From NCBI GenBank assembly GCA_038231275.1, contig JBBRLQ010000034.1, forward strand, positions 11,924 through 75,923: a DNA stretch of 64,000 nucleotides, read 5' to 3'. Source of the DNA: Polyangiales bacterium (GTDB lineage Bacteria > Myxococcota_A > Polyangia > Polyangiales > Polyangiaceae). The notes beneath the pieces were generated by a model. It worked only from the letters and a program-made list of their open reading frames with translations. It searched no databases and had not been told where the DNA came from. This document shows, piece after piece, positions 38,186 to 49,980 of the stretch. Each line of letters opens with the position of its first letter. The first letter of the stretch is position 1. Position numbers and translations under genes: made by a program.

Positions 38186-39379
38186 ATGAGAACGCAGCTG
38201 GGCCTCGCGTTGGCGTTCGTGGCGGCGATCGGGTGCTCGTCCGAGCCGGGCGCGCGGGGAGGCGCTCCTCCTCAGGTGAAAGAAGGAGCGCTCGCGCCGC
38301 GCATGGTGGGCGGCACTCCGTCGCCGAGCACGCACGACGCGGTGGTCGTCATCGCGATGGCCGACGGCTTCTGCAGCGGCACGCTCATCGCGCCGAACCT
38401 CGTCCTCACGGCACGTCACTGCGTGGCGCCGGTCGACGAGAGCACCGAGTGCGGGACGTTCGGCGCGGACAACGCGCCGGCGACCTTCACGATCGCGGTC
38501 GGCGCGTCGCAAGACCCGCAGAGCCCGCAGGCGTCGGCCAAGGGAATGCGCGTGATCGACGACGGTCAATCGGACGGCTGCTCGCACGACATCGCCCTGA
38601 TTCAGCTCGATCACGACATCGCGGGCGCGCAGATCATCGCGGTCCGTCCGTCGCCCGTGACCAAGGCGGACGTCTTGACCGCCATCGGCTACGGCGACGA
38701 CGGCTATGGCCAGGTCACGCGCGGGCGCTACGAGCGCGGCGCCCTCGCGGTGCTCGCCGTTGGCCCGTCATCGTTCACGTTCACGCAGCAAGCCGGGCAG
38801 ACCATCCCGGTGACCGTTCCCGTCGGCGAGATCGCGACCGGCGAATCGACGTGCTTCGGGGACAGCGGCGGCCCGATCCTCGACGCGCACGGCGCGATCG
38901 TCGGCGTCACCTCGCGCGGCGTCTCCGACAGCTGCCTCGACTCGCCGTCGATCTACAGCGACGTGGCCACGCACTACGCGTTGATCGCGCAAGCGGCCGC
39001 GGCGGCTGGGCATCCGTTCCAAGCGCCGCCCGCGGTGGACGGCGGCGTCGGCGGGGGAGGTGGCGACGGCGGCGTGCCGCACAAGGACGGCGGCGGCGGC
39101 TCGGGCGGCGGCGGCGACGACGGCCTCGGCGACGGCAGCGGAGATCTTTCCCCCGGCGTGCCCGCGGTCGACGCCGGCGGCGCGAACGCCACGTCCGGCG
39201 GCCGCTTCGACGCCACGCCCAACCCGGGCTGCTCCGCGTCGCCCGCGCGCACGCGTGCGGGCGACGAAAGCGCCGCTCTGCTCCTCGGGCTCGCGGTCTT
39301 CGCTGCCGCGCTGAGCCGCCGCGCCCGTTCAGTGACTCTGCGGCAAGCTGTCCTTGAACTGGAGCACCCGCCCGCCTAG
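38186..39379 (+). CDS. Trypsin-like (S1) serine protease with a MYXO-CTERM-like tail
   Basis: CSGTLI, LTARHC, HDIALI and CFGDSGGP; C-terminal GCS...hydrophobic...RR. Confidence 0.9.
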   Translation: MRTQLGLALAFVAAIGCSSEPGARGGAPPQVKEGALAPRMVGGTPSPSTHDAVVVIAMADGFCSGTLIAPNLVLTARHCVAPVDESTECGTFGADNAPATFTIAVGASQDPQSPQASAKGMRVIDDGQSDGCSHDIALIQLDHDIAGAQIIAVRPSPVTKADVLTAIGYGDDGYGQVTRGRYERGALAVLAVGPSSFTFTQQAGQTIPVTVPVGEIATGESTCFGDSGGPILDAHGAIVGVTSRGVSDSCLDSPSIYSDVATHYALIAQAAAAAGHPFQAPPAVDGGVGGGGGDGGVPHKDGGGGSGGGGDDGLGDGSGDLSPGVPAVDAGGANATSGGRFDATPNPGCSASPARTRAGDESAALLLGLAVFAAALSRRARSVTLRQAVLELEHPPA

Positions 39380-40468
39380 CTGGTCGCCGACGTACGCGTT
39401 GCCGCGCGTGTCTGCGGCCACCGAGTGCGAGCCGTGGGGGATGTCGATCCGGCCGAGGATTCCCAGGCGCCCCTCGTCGGACACGCTGAGGACCGACAGG
39501 TGGTCCGAGTGGACGACGTACATGTGCGAGAGCTTCGCGCTGAACGCGACGATGTCGAGGATCGCGAATCCGACCGGAGCGATCTTGAGTGCCTTCGTGG
39601 AGATCAGGTTGCCGTCGGCGACGTTGATCGACGTTGCAACGCCCTCCGCGCACCCGACGAAGAGAAATCCGCGGGCCTCGTCGAGCGCGAGACCCTTGGC
39701 GCCCCTGCCGAGCTTCTCGTTGGGTGCCGCGCAGCCGTTCTTCCATTGCCCGACGATCTCGCGCGAACGTAGATCGATCGCGATGGTGCCGCCGCTGCCG
39801 TGCGCGTAGGCGCGCTGGCGCGTCGAGTCGATGACGAGCGACTCGGGCCCGTCCGTGACCTTGATCGTCGCCGCGTGGACCGGCGTGGGTGTGTCGCCCT
39901 CCGGGACGGTGAAGATCTCGACTTGCGAGCCATCCGGCTCGGCGACCCACAGCTCGTCGTTGTCGCTCCCGCCGGGGCGCGCCGGAACGAAGCGTACGTA
40001 GTCCGGCGATGCGGCAAGCTTGACGGGCGTGCCCGCGACGCCGGCGCTGACGACGGCGATCGTTTCGGTCGTGCGATCGGTCGCGAAGAGGAGCCCGCGC
40101 CCTTCGACCGCCGACGTGACACCGAAGTCGTGCCCGCCGCCGAGGTCGGCGGCGGCGGTGCTCAGCTTGTCGGGGCGCGCGCTGAAGCCGCCGATGGAGG
40201 TGACGCTGCGATCTGCCGGATTGATCAGGTCGAGGCTTCCGCTTCGTCCGGCGGGGACCAGGATGCGGTCGAGGCTCGCGCTGTATTGGAAATCGTCGAA
40301 TCCGATTCCCGCGGCGCCTGCCGGCAGCTCGATCGCGGTTGGTTTGATCCCCAGTGTGGTGACCGCCTCGTCCCCCGCAGAGGAGGAGGAGTCATCGGCG
40401 CTGCCGCACGCGACGGCGAACGCGACCATGCACGAGGCGCCCAGCACAGAGACGTTCCTGTTTTTCAC
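39329..40468 (-). CDS. YncE-like beta-propeller lipoprotein
   Basis: AVAC lipobox, GFDD, repeated blades (GLALDEARGFLFVGC). Start uncertain (40468 or 40489). Confidence 0.72.
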   Translation of the reverse strand: MKNRNVSVLGASCMVAFAVACGSADDSSSSAGDEAVTTLGIKPTAIELPAGAAGIGFDDFQYSASLDRILVPAGRSGSLDLINPADRSVTSIGGFSARPDKLSTAAADLGGGHDFGVTSAVEGRGLLFATDRTTETIAVVSAGVAGTPVKLAASPDYVRFVPARPGGSDNDELWVAEPDGSQVEIFTVPEGDTPTPVHAATIKVTDGPESLVIDSTRQRAYAHGSGGTIAIDLRSREIVGQWKNGCAAPNEKLGRGAKGLALDEARGFLFVGCAEGVATSINVADGNLISTKALKIAPVGFAILDIVAFSAKLSHMYVVHSDHLSVLSVSDEGRLGILGRIDIPHGSHSVAADTRGNAYVGDQLGGRVLQFKDSLPQSH

Positions 40469-40732
40469 GACGAAGGAGAATGCACACATTGAACCACATG
40501 GCACCACCCACTTCAATTGCCTCATTTCAAGGAGATAGCGCGCCAGTCGCTCCAATAAGGATCCAGGGTGCGACAAACACGCACCATCACCTACCCGGAG
40601 TCGCCGGGCCTTGTTCGTCACCTCCGATGGAGTCCTCCGGCGCGGGGAGCGACGAGTTGCCGGGGTGTACCATCGAGCGGCGCTGGATGCGGTCGAGGAA
40701 CGACCTGTCCAACCCTCCCCCAGTCACCGCCC

Positions 40733-42634
<1,902 letters not shown>

Positions 42635-42665
42635 ACGTGAGGGCCTACCGCGTCAGGGCGGCGGG

Positions 42666-42851
42666 ATGAAGCGCGCGACGAAGAACGTGCTTCGCTCGCA
42701 ACCCTCTCATCTGCAGCGTCGGCGCCGGCTCGCGTCTCCCGCGGCCGAAGCCGAGAAGCGCGCTGCGCAGGTGGAGATCCTGAAACGACTGAGCGTTCTC
42801 GATCAGGACGAGTACGACTGCCTGCGCAAGGCGTATCTCAGTCGTCTGTAA
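42666..42851 (+). CDS. Small hypothetical protein
   Basis: 61-aa ORF that fills the gap; no recognisable motif. Confidence 0.3.
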   Translation: MKRATKNVLRSQPSHLQRRRRLASPAAEAEKRAAQVEILKRLSVLDQDEYDCLRKAYLSRL

Positions 42852-42857
42852 GAAGCG

Positions 42858-43529
42858 TCACCCGCCGTCCCGGCAATCTGCAGGACCGGCCGCACCGCCG
42901 CAGAGCGCGCACTTGCCGAGGATGCATCGGGGAGCGCCGAAGTACGGGCACGTGCATCCGCCGGGGCCCGGCGCGAGGCGCGTCTGGATGTCCTTCAGCG
43001 CCGCGTCGTACCGGCTTTTGCCGTCCACGTTGATGGTGGCGGCGGGGCACATGCACCACGGCGCGTTCGAGCAGAACGTGCCACCGGTGACGGCGAAGCA
43101 ATCGGGGTCGGTCTTGCAGCTCTGATCGTACGTCGACAGATCGAGATCGATGCACACGCTCGCGTCCGAAGGCGCGCGCGCGTCGACGCTCCCTCCGGCG
43201 TCAGGCGGCTCGGTGCAGATGGCCGTGTTCACCGCCGGCTTCCACGTGCCCTGCGTGCAGCTCACCGCCGGGCAGCTCTTGGTGCAAGCGTCGCAGGTCG
43301 GGTCGAAGCATCTGGTCCCCTCGGGCGCCGCGCACGCGCGCCCCAGCGCCGCGTTGGAGTCGACGTCGGCGGTGCTCGGGCATTGGCTCGCCGGGCTTGA
43401 CCCGTCGGCGCCGCCGTCTGCCGGCACGCTCAGGTTGCCGCCGCACCCTGCGAGGGGCGCCGCGATCGCCATGACGCGAATCACGCGCCCCAGGCACAGT
43501 ACGGCACGCGAAAGGACCAATCTCGTCAT
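42858..43529 (-). CDS. Cys-rich lipoprotein
   Basis: LAGC lipobox; YDQSC..D.DC...C.CP.A.IN module. Confidence 0.72.
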   Translation of the reverse strand: MTRLVLSRAVLCLGRVIRVMAIAAPLAGCGGNLSVPADGGADGSSPASQCPSTADVDSNAALGRACAAPEGTRCFDPTCDACTKSCPAVSCTQGTWKPAVNTAICTEPPDAGGSVDARAPSDASVCIDLDLSTYDQSCKTDPDCFAVTGGTFCSNAPWCMCPAATINVDGKSRYDAALKDIQTRLAPGPGGCTCPYFGAPRCILGKCALCGGAAGPADCRDGG

Positions 43530-43543
43530 TGCGCGACCGCGAA

Positions 43544-43559
43544 CGCAAACCGCGCGCCA
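43544..43559 (-). promoter_or_regulatory. Sigma-54 promoter
   Basis: Minus strand reads TGGCGCGCGGTTTGCG, 14 nt from ATG 43529. Confidence 0.65.
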
Positions 43560-43604
43560 GCGCGTTGAAGTCTCCCGCGCAGCCCTTCTGGTAGAACGAC
43601 GGAG

Positions 43605-44543
43605 ATGCCGACTCGCAGCGCGCGCCCGAGGGTTCTCGTCACGGTCGTGGTGACGATGCTCGCCGCGAGCTGCTCCCCCACGAGCCCCGACAAGGCGCCC
43701 GTTCGTCTTTCCCCCATTCCGCTTGCCGCGCCGTCGCCCGTCGACGCGTCGGCGACTCCGTCCGCAGCAGCGGACGCCGGGCGCATCCTCGCATGGACCG
43801 ACGAGGCGGCGGTCCTCGGGCTCACGCGCTCGTGCGCCTTTACCCCTCTCACGCGCGACCCTTCGCGCGAGGACCGGTCCAGCCTCAGCCCGCTCGCGTG
43901 CGACCTACGCTTCGAGCAAGCCTGCGTCGCCGACCCGTGCTTTCACGAAGACGAAGAGCACTGCAAGCAGGCGTGCGTGTCGACCTGCGGCGACTGCGGA
44001 GCGTCGTGCGTGTCGTCGTGCGACGCGTGCAAGAAGGGCTGCAACGACGACGCGTGCCGGCGAACGTGCGCGCAGTCGTGCGGCCAGTGTCGTCAATCGT
44101 GCCTGACGACGCGCGACAAATGCTCCACGTCGCATTGCATGGACGTCTACACGCAGTGCCGGCAGAAGCTCGTGGCGAGCTGGCTCACGAACAAATGCGA
44201 CGCCGTCTGCGCGACGTGCACGAAGAAATGCGGCCCCAACGAGATGTGCGATTGCTGGGAGAAAGGGCCGGGGGCCGCCGCGTGCCACGCCAACCCGATG
44301 CTCTGCCCGGAGATGTTCATGGCCCCCGAGCGCCGCGAGCTCGACCCCAAATGGAAGGCGAACCGTTGCGAGGACGTGTGCGTCAAGATCTGGGCGTGCG
44401 CGAAGACGGCGTGCGAGAAGGCGAACTGCGTCGAGCCCGTGAAGATGTTCGACGGATGCTCGAGCCGCACCGCGGGCGCGGCGGTGTGCGGGGTCATTGG
44501 GCTCGCCGGCCTCACGCGCTGCCCGGAGCCCGCAGCGGAGTAG
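43605..44543 (+). CDS. Very Cys-rich lipoprotein
   Basis: AASC lipobox; about 37 Cys, many with Cx3Cx2C spacing. Confidence 0.75.
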   Translation: MPTRSARPRVLVTVVVTMLAASCSPTSPDKAPVRLSPIPLAAPSPVDASATPSAAADAGRILAWTDEAAVLGLTRSCAFTPLTRDPSREDRSSLSPLACDLRFEQACVADPCFHEDEEHCKQACVSTCGDCGASCVSSCDACKKGCNDDACRRTCAQSCGQCRQSCLTTRDKCSTSHCMDVYTQCRQKLVASWLTNKCDAVCATCTKKCGPNEMCDCWEKGPGAAACHANPMLCPEMFMAPERRELDPKWKANRCEDVCVKIWACAKTACEKANCVEPVKMFDGCSSRTAGAAVCGVIGLAGLTRCPEPAAE

Positions 44544-44577
44544 AGATCAGGGCGCTCGAGAAGCGCGCCCGGCACGG

Positions 44578-45129
44578 TCAAAGCTCGGTTGTGAACGAGT
44601 CGCGGCGGCGGTTCGGCGGCCACGTCGTGACGCGCACGTTGCGATCTACGCAGGTAGAGATCTTGGCGATCGCCTTCTGCTCCGCCTTCACGGCCGCGGG
44701 CTTCGGGCGCTTGGTGGGCTTCGGCTTCTCGAGGCGGACGTCCACGGTGACGCCGATCGCGCGACCGTTTTGCACGGCCGTTTTGATCGTCACCTTCGCG
44801 CTCCTCGGCACATGGCAGCCCTGGAGCGCGCCGCCCATCGGTGACCAGAGCTGGACGTCGGTGAGGTGCGGGTGTCCGTCCTCGATGTCCACGGGCTCCG
44901 GGGTCGACAGCGCTTGGTCGTACGATGCCGTCGACGGCGAGCGCGATCGCTCCTCGGCGTCCGTCACGGCGATCGGCGGAGGGGACGGCGCGTCGTTCGA
45001 AGCGACGGCAACGTCCGGGCGCGCGGGCTCGGGAAAAGCCGCGGACGGCGGCGCGGGCGGAGGCGGCGGCGCGGCCGCACAGCCCACCAGCATCGTCACG
45101 AACGCCAGCGCCGCCCACCGAATGCGCAC
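44578..45129 (-). CDS. Pro-rich lipoprotein, hypothetical
   Basis: LVGC lipobox; C-terminal IKTAVQNGRAIGVTV...CV...WP domain. Confidence 0.68.
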   Translation of the reverse strand: MRIRWAALAFVTMLVGCAAAPPPPPAPPSAAFPEPARPDVAVASNDAPSPPPIAVTDAEERSRSPSTASYDQALSTPEPVDIEDGHPHLTDVQLWSPMGGALQGCHVPRSAKVTIKTAVQNGRAIGVTVDVRLEKPKPTKRPKPAAVKAEQKAIAKISTCVDRNVRVTTWPPNRRRDSFTTEL

Positions 45130-45342
45130 GCCTCAGCGTAGCCGACGAACGCGGGCTGCGCCGCGCGGGCGTGCGTTTCTGGCCGGCGCGTAACATTGCA
45201 GCGTGAGCGAACACCGGTCGTCCGACCAACACGCCGCGTAGCTCGAAGCCTTTCGCGATCCCGCGCCGCTGCTGCATGGCCACCGAGTCGTCGCCGGGGG
45301 GCGTGTTGCGGCGGCGCCTGAGCGGTGCCACGTACGTAGACC

Positions 45343-45978
45343 ATGAAGCGATCTCCGTGTGTTCTTTGCGGCGCGCTGGCCTTGGTGGCGCTCGGCGCCG
45401 CGTGGGGTTGCTCTTCGAGCGACACCGCCGCGACCGCCGGCGACGCGGGGGCCGTCGATGCCGGCCGCGACGGCTCGGCCGACGGCGGGAGCGACGCTGC
45501 GGTCGCGGCCGACTCAGCCGGCGATGGTGCGATCGCGCAAGGCGATGCCGCGCATGGCGTCGTGTGTGGTGCGGCGGCCTGCACGGGCAGCGACGTGTGC
45601 TGCGCGATCGTGAGTGACGGCGGCGCTACGCCGTCGTGCCTGGCGAGCTGTCCGGCAGGCACCGCCATCGCGTGCGACGGTCCGGAGGACTGCACGAACG
45701 GCGCGGCGAAGTACTGCTGCGGCACGCTGCAAACCAGCGCGGGCACGCCGCCGAGCTGCCCCATCATCGGCGTATCGACCGAATGCCGGGCGACGTGCAC
45801 GACCAACATCGCGCTCCAGTGCCCCGGCACGACCACGCTGCGTCAGTGCCACAAGACCGCCGATTGCGCGGACGATCCGCAGAACGACAAGTGCTGCACG
45901 TTCACGAGCGGCGGCCAGAGCTCGACGTTCTGCACCAGCGCCCTCGCGGCATCCACCGGCGGCGGCCAGTGCCTCTGA
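45343..45978 (+). CDS. Cys-rich lipoprotein
   Basis: AWGC lipobox, DAG linker, CG..C....CC and CDGPEDC....CC. Confidence 0.75.
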   Translation: MKRSPCVLCGALALVALGAAWGCSSSDTAATAGDAGAVDAGRDGSADGGSDAAVAADSAGDGAIAQGDAAHGVVCGAAACTGSDVCCAIVSDGGATPSCLASCPAGTAIACDGPEDCTNGAAKYCCGTLQTSAGTPPSCPIIGVSTECRATCTTNIALQCPGTTTLRQCHKTADCADDPQNDKCCTFTSGGQSSTFCTSALAASTGGGQCL

Positions 45979-46033
45979 GGCCGAAAGAGACGAGCGGCCT
46001 TGGGCGTCAAGGGGTCGCCAAGCTTCAGGATGC

Positions 46034-46711
46034 TCACTGCTTCGTGTACAGCTCGCGTGTCAGCGTCGACGCCGACGGCGAGAGGAGCCATAGCTCCGCG
46101 CCCTTCACGGTGAAGGGCACGTTGGCTACTTGCTTGGCGTAGGGGCACGTCTCGGTGGTCGACAGAATCGTCGTGTAAGGCGCCCATGTCGCGCTGCTGG
46201 AGGTGAGGACCGGCGGTCCGCCGCTCGTCGTCGTCGAATCGGTCATGTCCACGTTCGTCGTGGTGAAGACGAGCGTGCGCCTAACGGTCAACCCGTCCGC
46301 CGCGCTCGCGTCGGCCTCCCCGCTTCCGCCCGTGTAGAGATCGCGCTCGGTCAGCACGTAGGTACCTGGCGCGATGGTGCCACCGGCGGGGGCAGCGGGG
46401 GCGCCGGCGAGCACCGTCTGGGCGATCCCCGCGCCGCCCGCCACGTTCGTGTTGCAGACCCTCGGCGCCGCGTCGAAGCCGCTGTCGGTGCTCCCGTCGC
46501 CCCCGCTCGTCCCGCTCGAGGCGCCGCTGCTGCCGCTGCTCCCGTCGACCGGCGGGAGGGCGCCCGCCGACGACGAGGTGGGCACCGATCCGTCCCCCGA
46601 CGTCGCCGCCGGGTGACTCGACGACGAGCACGAGAACACGAGCGCGGCCCCGAGGGCACTCACCGCGGCGATGAGGAGCCCGCGCCCGATGTTGTTTTTT
46701 CGAAGGCTCAT
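46034..46711 (-). CDS. Lipoprotein, hypothetical
   Basis: VFSC lipobox, Ser/Gly linker, GGTIAPGTYVLT. Confidence 0.72.
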   Translation of the reverse strand: MSLRKNNIGRGLLIAAVSALGAALVFSCSSSSHPAATSGDGSVPTSSSAGALPPVDGSSGSSGASSGTSGGDGSTDSGFDAAPRVCNTNVAGGAGIAQTVLAGAPAAPAGGTIAPGTYVLTERDLYTGGSGEADASAADGLTVRRTLVFTTTNVDMTDSTTTSGGPPVLTSSSATWAPYTTILSTTETCPYAKQVANVPFTVKGAELWLLSPSASTLTRELYTKQ

Positions 46712-46715
46712 GCTC

Positions 46716-49439
46716 TCACTTGCAGGGGACGCAGTCGTAGATCTGCTGCCAAGCCAGAAGCGCCGGTGACGTCTGCGCCACCGGATCGAACTCCATGATC
46801 ACCTGCAGCCACTCCTGCGACTGCTGCTCGGGCGTTGCGCCGGTACACGTCGGGTCCAGCGGGGTCCCGAAGGTCGCGAGGTTGCGGAGGTGACCGTCGA
46901 CGACGCACGCGTCGGTCGTCCAGCCGCTCGTCGTGCTCGTCGCGTTGCCGATGGGGACGGCGGTGCCCCACGTTCCGGGCGCGCCGCTGCCGTTGTCGGG
47001 CGCCGTCTGCGCGGTGAACTTGATCTGCGTTCCCGCCGGAATGTACGACTGCCACTCGAACGCCTGCCACACCGGGCAGGTGCCCGTCTGGCAGACGCCG
47101 CGGTACTGGCGCGTGAACGTCGTCACCGGCAAGGGCGGCGGCGGCGGCGGCGGCGACGGGATGATCACGCCCGTGGTGCAGGCGGTGAGCTCGAAGAACA
47201 GGTACTCGAACATGAGCTCGTTCGGCGTGAGCGGGGGGCCGAGGTTGCAGGTCGGGACGTAGTTGCCGCCCGCGCCCGACCCGAGCGCCGCGCCGCCCAT
47301 CGGCGCGCTGGTCCGCGTCGTGTCGATGTGCATTCCGTTGAAGATCGCGCGCCCGCACGCCGGCGAGGCGCCGACGGGCATGTTGAAGCCAAACGAGAGC
47401 TCGTAGTCGCCCGCCGCCGGAGCCCAGCCCGTGTCCGAGGCGCGCACCCAGTCGAAGCCGCCGTTCGCGACCACCGGGTTGAGCGCCTGCTTGACCGGAT
47501 CGGGCGTGGGGATGTTCGCCGACCCCGACACGTTCGTCATCCACGTCGCGAATTGGGTGTGGATCGGATCGGCGCCGATGATGTGCCCGACGGTGCCGGA
47601 GAGCTGGTTCTCGCCCTGCCAGCTCGAAGTGGTGGACCAGGGGTTCAGCGACTGAGCTAGGGGCTGCGCCGTCTTGTGGTTCATGAAGACTCGCCCGCCA
47701 CCGTCACCCCACGTCTTGAAGTAGCCCTGCTCGGTGGCGCTCATCCCTTGCTCGAGCCCCGCGCTGCCGCCGCATGGCATCAGGACGGTGGAGTACGTGT
47801 CGAGCGCGGCCTGGCTTCCCCACAGCGTGGTCGCCTCCGGCGCGATCGTGGGCGCGTTGCGCCCGTCGCTGTGGATGATCGCCATGCGCGCCCCCGTCGA
47901 CGGCGCGTCGACGTCGGCCTGATCGACGCCGATCTTGCGGATCAGGCACTCCATGGGTTCGTGCCACCCGGTGACGATGGCCGTGAGGGGGATGTCCCCC
48001 TCGGTGCGGTTCTTGGGCAGACGGGTCTCCGTAGCGCCGGAGTTGGGGATGGGGTTGTCGACACACGGAGTGATCGTGGGGACCGTGATCGTGCGGCGCC
48101 AGCGGCCGGTCTGGAAGACGACGTCGAAGTTGGTGGTGACGCCGTTCGGCACGTCGAGCTGGAACTTCCCGTCGACGGCGCTGAACGTGACCGTGTTGAG
48201 CGGCGAGCCGACGCTGTCGCACGAGTCGCACGCCACGCCGTTGGGAAGGACTGTGAGCGCGCCCTTCGGGTTGAAGACGGTAACGCCCGGCAAAGGCACG
48301 TTCTGTCCCGGATCGAAGACCGTCCCGCTCACGGTGGTGCGGCACAGCGTCTGGCAGGCGGTGCAGCCGGTCTTGGCGAACGCGGCGTTGTTCGAGCACG
48401 CGGTGCCGGCAGCGGTCGTGCACTCGGTGAGGTTGACGCCGCCGGGGTTGATGACCGCGAATTTGTCGCCGGACGGGCCAGGGCAGCCCACCGCGTCCAT
48501 GCAGGTGCCCGGTCCGAGGCCGCCCGCGGGAACCGTGACGCTGCAGTCCGCGGGGCCGCCGATGGCTGTGCAGCCGTCCGGCACGCTGGGCGGGTTCGTG
48601 TAGTAGATGCTGAGGGCCGTGCCGCCCGGCACCGCGCTGAGGCCGCGGTTGCAGATCGGGAAATTCGGGCCCGCCGAGTCGCACGGCGCGCCGAGCGTGA
48701 GGTCGACGCCGCTGCAGCGCAGATCGACCCATCCCTGGCCCGCGCTGTAGATGCAGTTGCCGCTGGCCTGGTCGCAGTGGAAGTCCTGCTGGCATTGCGT
48801 GTACTCGTTGGCCACGGTGCAGGTGTTCCCAGGCCCGACGTTGAGGTTGGGCGAGCACGTGTCAACGCCTCCCGGCGTGTCCGAGAAGCCCCCGGCTGCC
48901 GCGGCGACGGCGTCGACCGGCGTGATCACGAGTCCGCAATCCCCCGCCGCGTCCACCACCGTGAAGCCGCTCGCGTCGAGGCCCCCGCACGGATCGTCGG
49001 CGAAGTTGTTGCAGTAGGGATCGCAGTCGTTGACCCCGGGCGCGCATGTGGTGCCAGTGCCCTGCAGCCCGAGCGGCGTGATGAGGCCGCCGAGCGGCGC
49101 CCCGATCTGTTTGGAGACGATCTTGATCGTCCCGTCGCATGTCCCCCAGCGGTGATCCGCCCCGCACGTGCGCCTACCGATCGAGCACTGCACGTAGTTG
49201 CCGAACTTCTCGTCGACCCGACCGCAGTCGACCACCGTGGCCGGCCCATCGCACGGGCAGCCGTCGTTCGGCGTCGAGCACGCGTTCGGCATTCCAATCC
49301 CGCGCGCGTTCGGATCTCCGCCGGCGTTGGGGTTCGCGTTGCCGCAGGCCTGGGTCGCGCCGATCGCGATCGCTACGGGCAAAAAGAGTGCGGAGCTGAG
49401 GGCCGTAATGGCGAGGGACCGCCAGGTGATTTTGGCCAT
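46716..49439 (-). CDS. Large Cys-rich surface lipoprotein with a carboxypeptidase-regulatory-like domain
   Basis: GGAGG SD; TQAC lipobox; Cys modules; TTVSGTVFDP...GRWRR...RLPKN..EGDIP..A..TG..MECL.RKIG; FEYLFFEL.AC. Confidence 0.8.
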   Translation of the reverse strand: MAKITWRSLAITALSSALFLPVAIAIGATQACGNANPNAGGDPNARGIGMPNACSTPNDGCPCDGPATVVDCGRVDEKFGNYVQCSIGRRTCGADHRWGTCDGTIKIVSKQIGAPLGGLITPLGLQGTGTTCAPGVNDCDPYCNNFADDPCGGLDASGFTVVDAAGDCGLVITPVDAVAAAAGGFSDTPGGVDTCSPNLNVGPGNTCTVANEYTQCQQDFHCDQASGNCIYSAGQGWVDLRCSGVDLTLGAPCDSAGPNFPICNRGLSAVPGGTALSIYYTNPPSVPDGCTAIGGPADCSVTVPAGGLGPGTCMDAVGCPGPSGDKFAVINPGGVNLTECTTAAGTACSNNAAFAKTGCTACQTLCRTTVSGTVFDPGQNVPLPGVTVFNPKGALTVLPNGVACDSCDSVGSPLNTVTFSAVDGKFQLDVPNGVTTNFDVVFQTGRWRRTITVPTITPCVDNPIPNSGATETRLPKNRTEGDIPLTAIVTGWHEPMECLIRKIGVDQADVDAPSTGARMAIIHSDGRNAPTIAPEATTLWGSQAALDTYSTVLMPCGGSAGLEQGMSATEQGYFKTWGDGGGRVFMNHKTAQPLAQSLNPWSTTSSWQGENQLSGTVGHIIGADPIHTQFATWMTNVSGSANIPTPDPVKQALNPVVANGGFDWVRASDTGWAPAAGDYELSFGFNMPVGASPACGRAIFNGMHIDTTRTSAPMGGAALGSGAGGNYVPTCNLGPPLTPNELMFEYLFFELTACTTGVIIPSPPPPPPPLPVTTFTRQYRGVCQTGTCPVWQAFEWQSYIPAGTQIKFTAQTAPDNGSGAPGTWGTAVPIGNATSTTSGWTTDACVVDGHLRNLATFGTPLDPTCTGATPEQQSQEWLQVIMEFDPVAQTSPALLAWQQIYDCVPCK

Positions 49440-49980
49440 TGCGTCAGATACCTCCGAGCGACCGCCCCCAGTCTCGAACGCGGTTGGGCTTAGCAATGAA
49501 AGGATAGATCGACTGCGTCTCCGCGCGGGCCAATTTTCGCCGTGCCGCCCGCGGCGAACTCGTGCCCTTTGGCGTATGCGCGGCCAGGGCTCCTACGATG
49601 TAGGGACACCGCAAGAGGAGCCCCTCAGTGAGTGCAAGCGGCGTGACAGGCGCGCGTGCGCGCGCGCGATCACGATTCGCCGCCGAACGCTCGCGCGACG
49701 ATGAGGCTCGCGTGCCCGCGAGGGCGTACTTATTGCGAGGCTCGCTATTCTCTGCGGGCGCAGGGTGTGACCAAGATCCCGCCCTTCGCGCAGGTGACGC
49801 GCCGACGTGTGCGTTCGCCGCCGTCACGGGGCGATGCACTCGCCTTCCGCCACGTCCCAAGGCGGGACGAGAGAAGCGTCTCGCTCGTCCCGCATCGGGA
49901 AATTTCGGGCCTCGAAATCGGCCATGTCGCTGATTTCTCGCGAGCCCAAGGACGGCCCCATGGTTGCACTAAGGGTCGGC

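Noticed and set aside
45184..45200. CGGCGCGTAACATTGCA as a sigma-54 promoter
   Set aside because: GG-GC spacing is one base too long, and sigma-54 spacing is strict.
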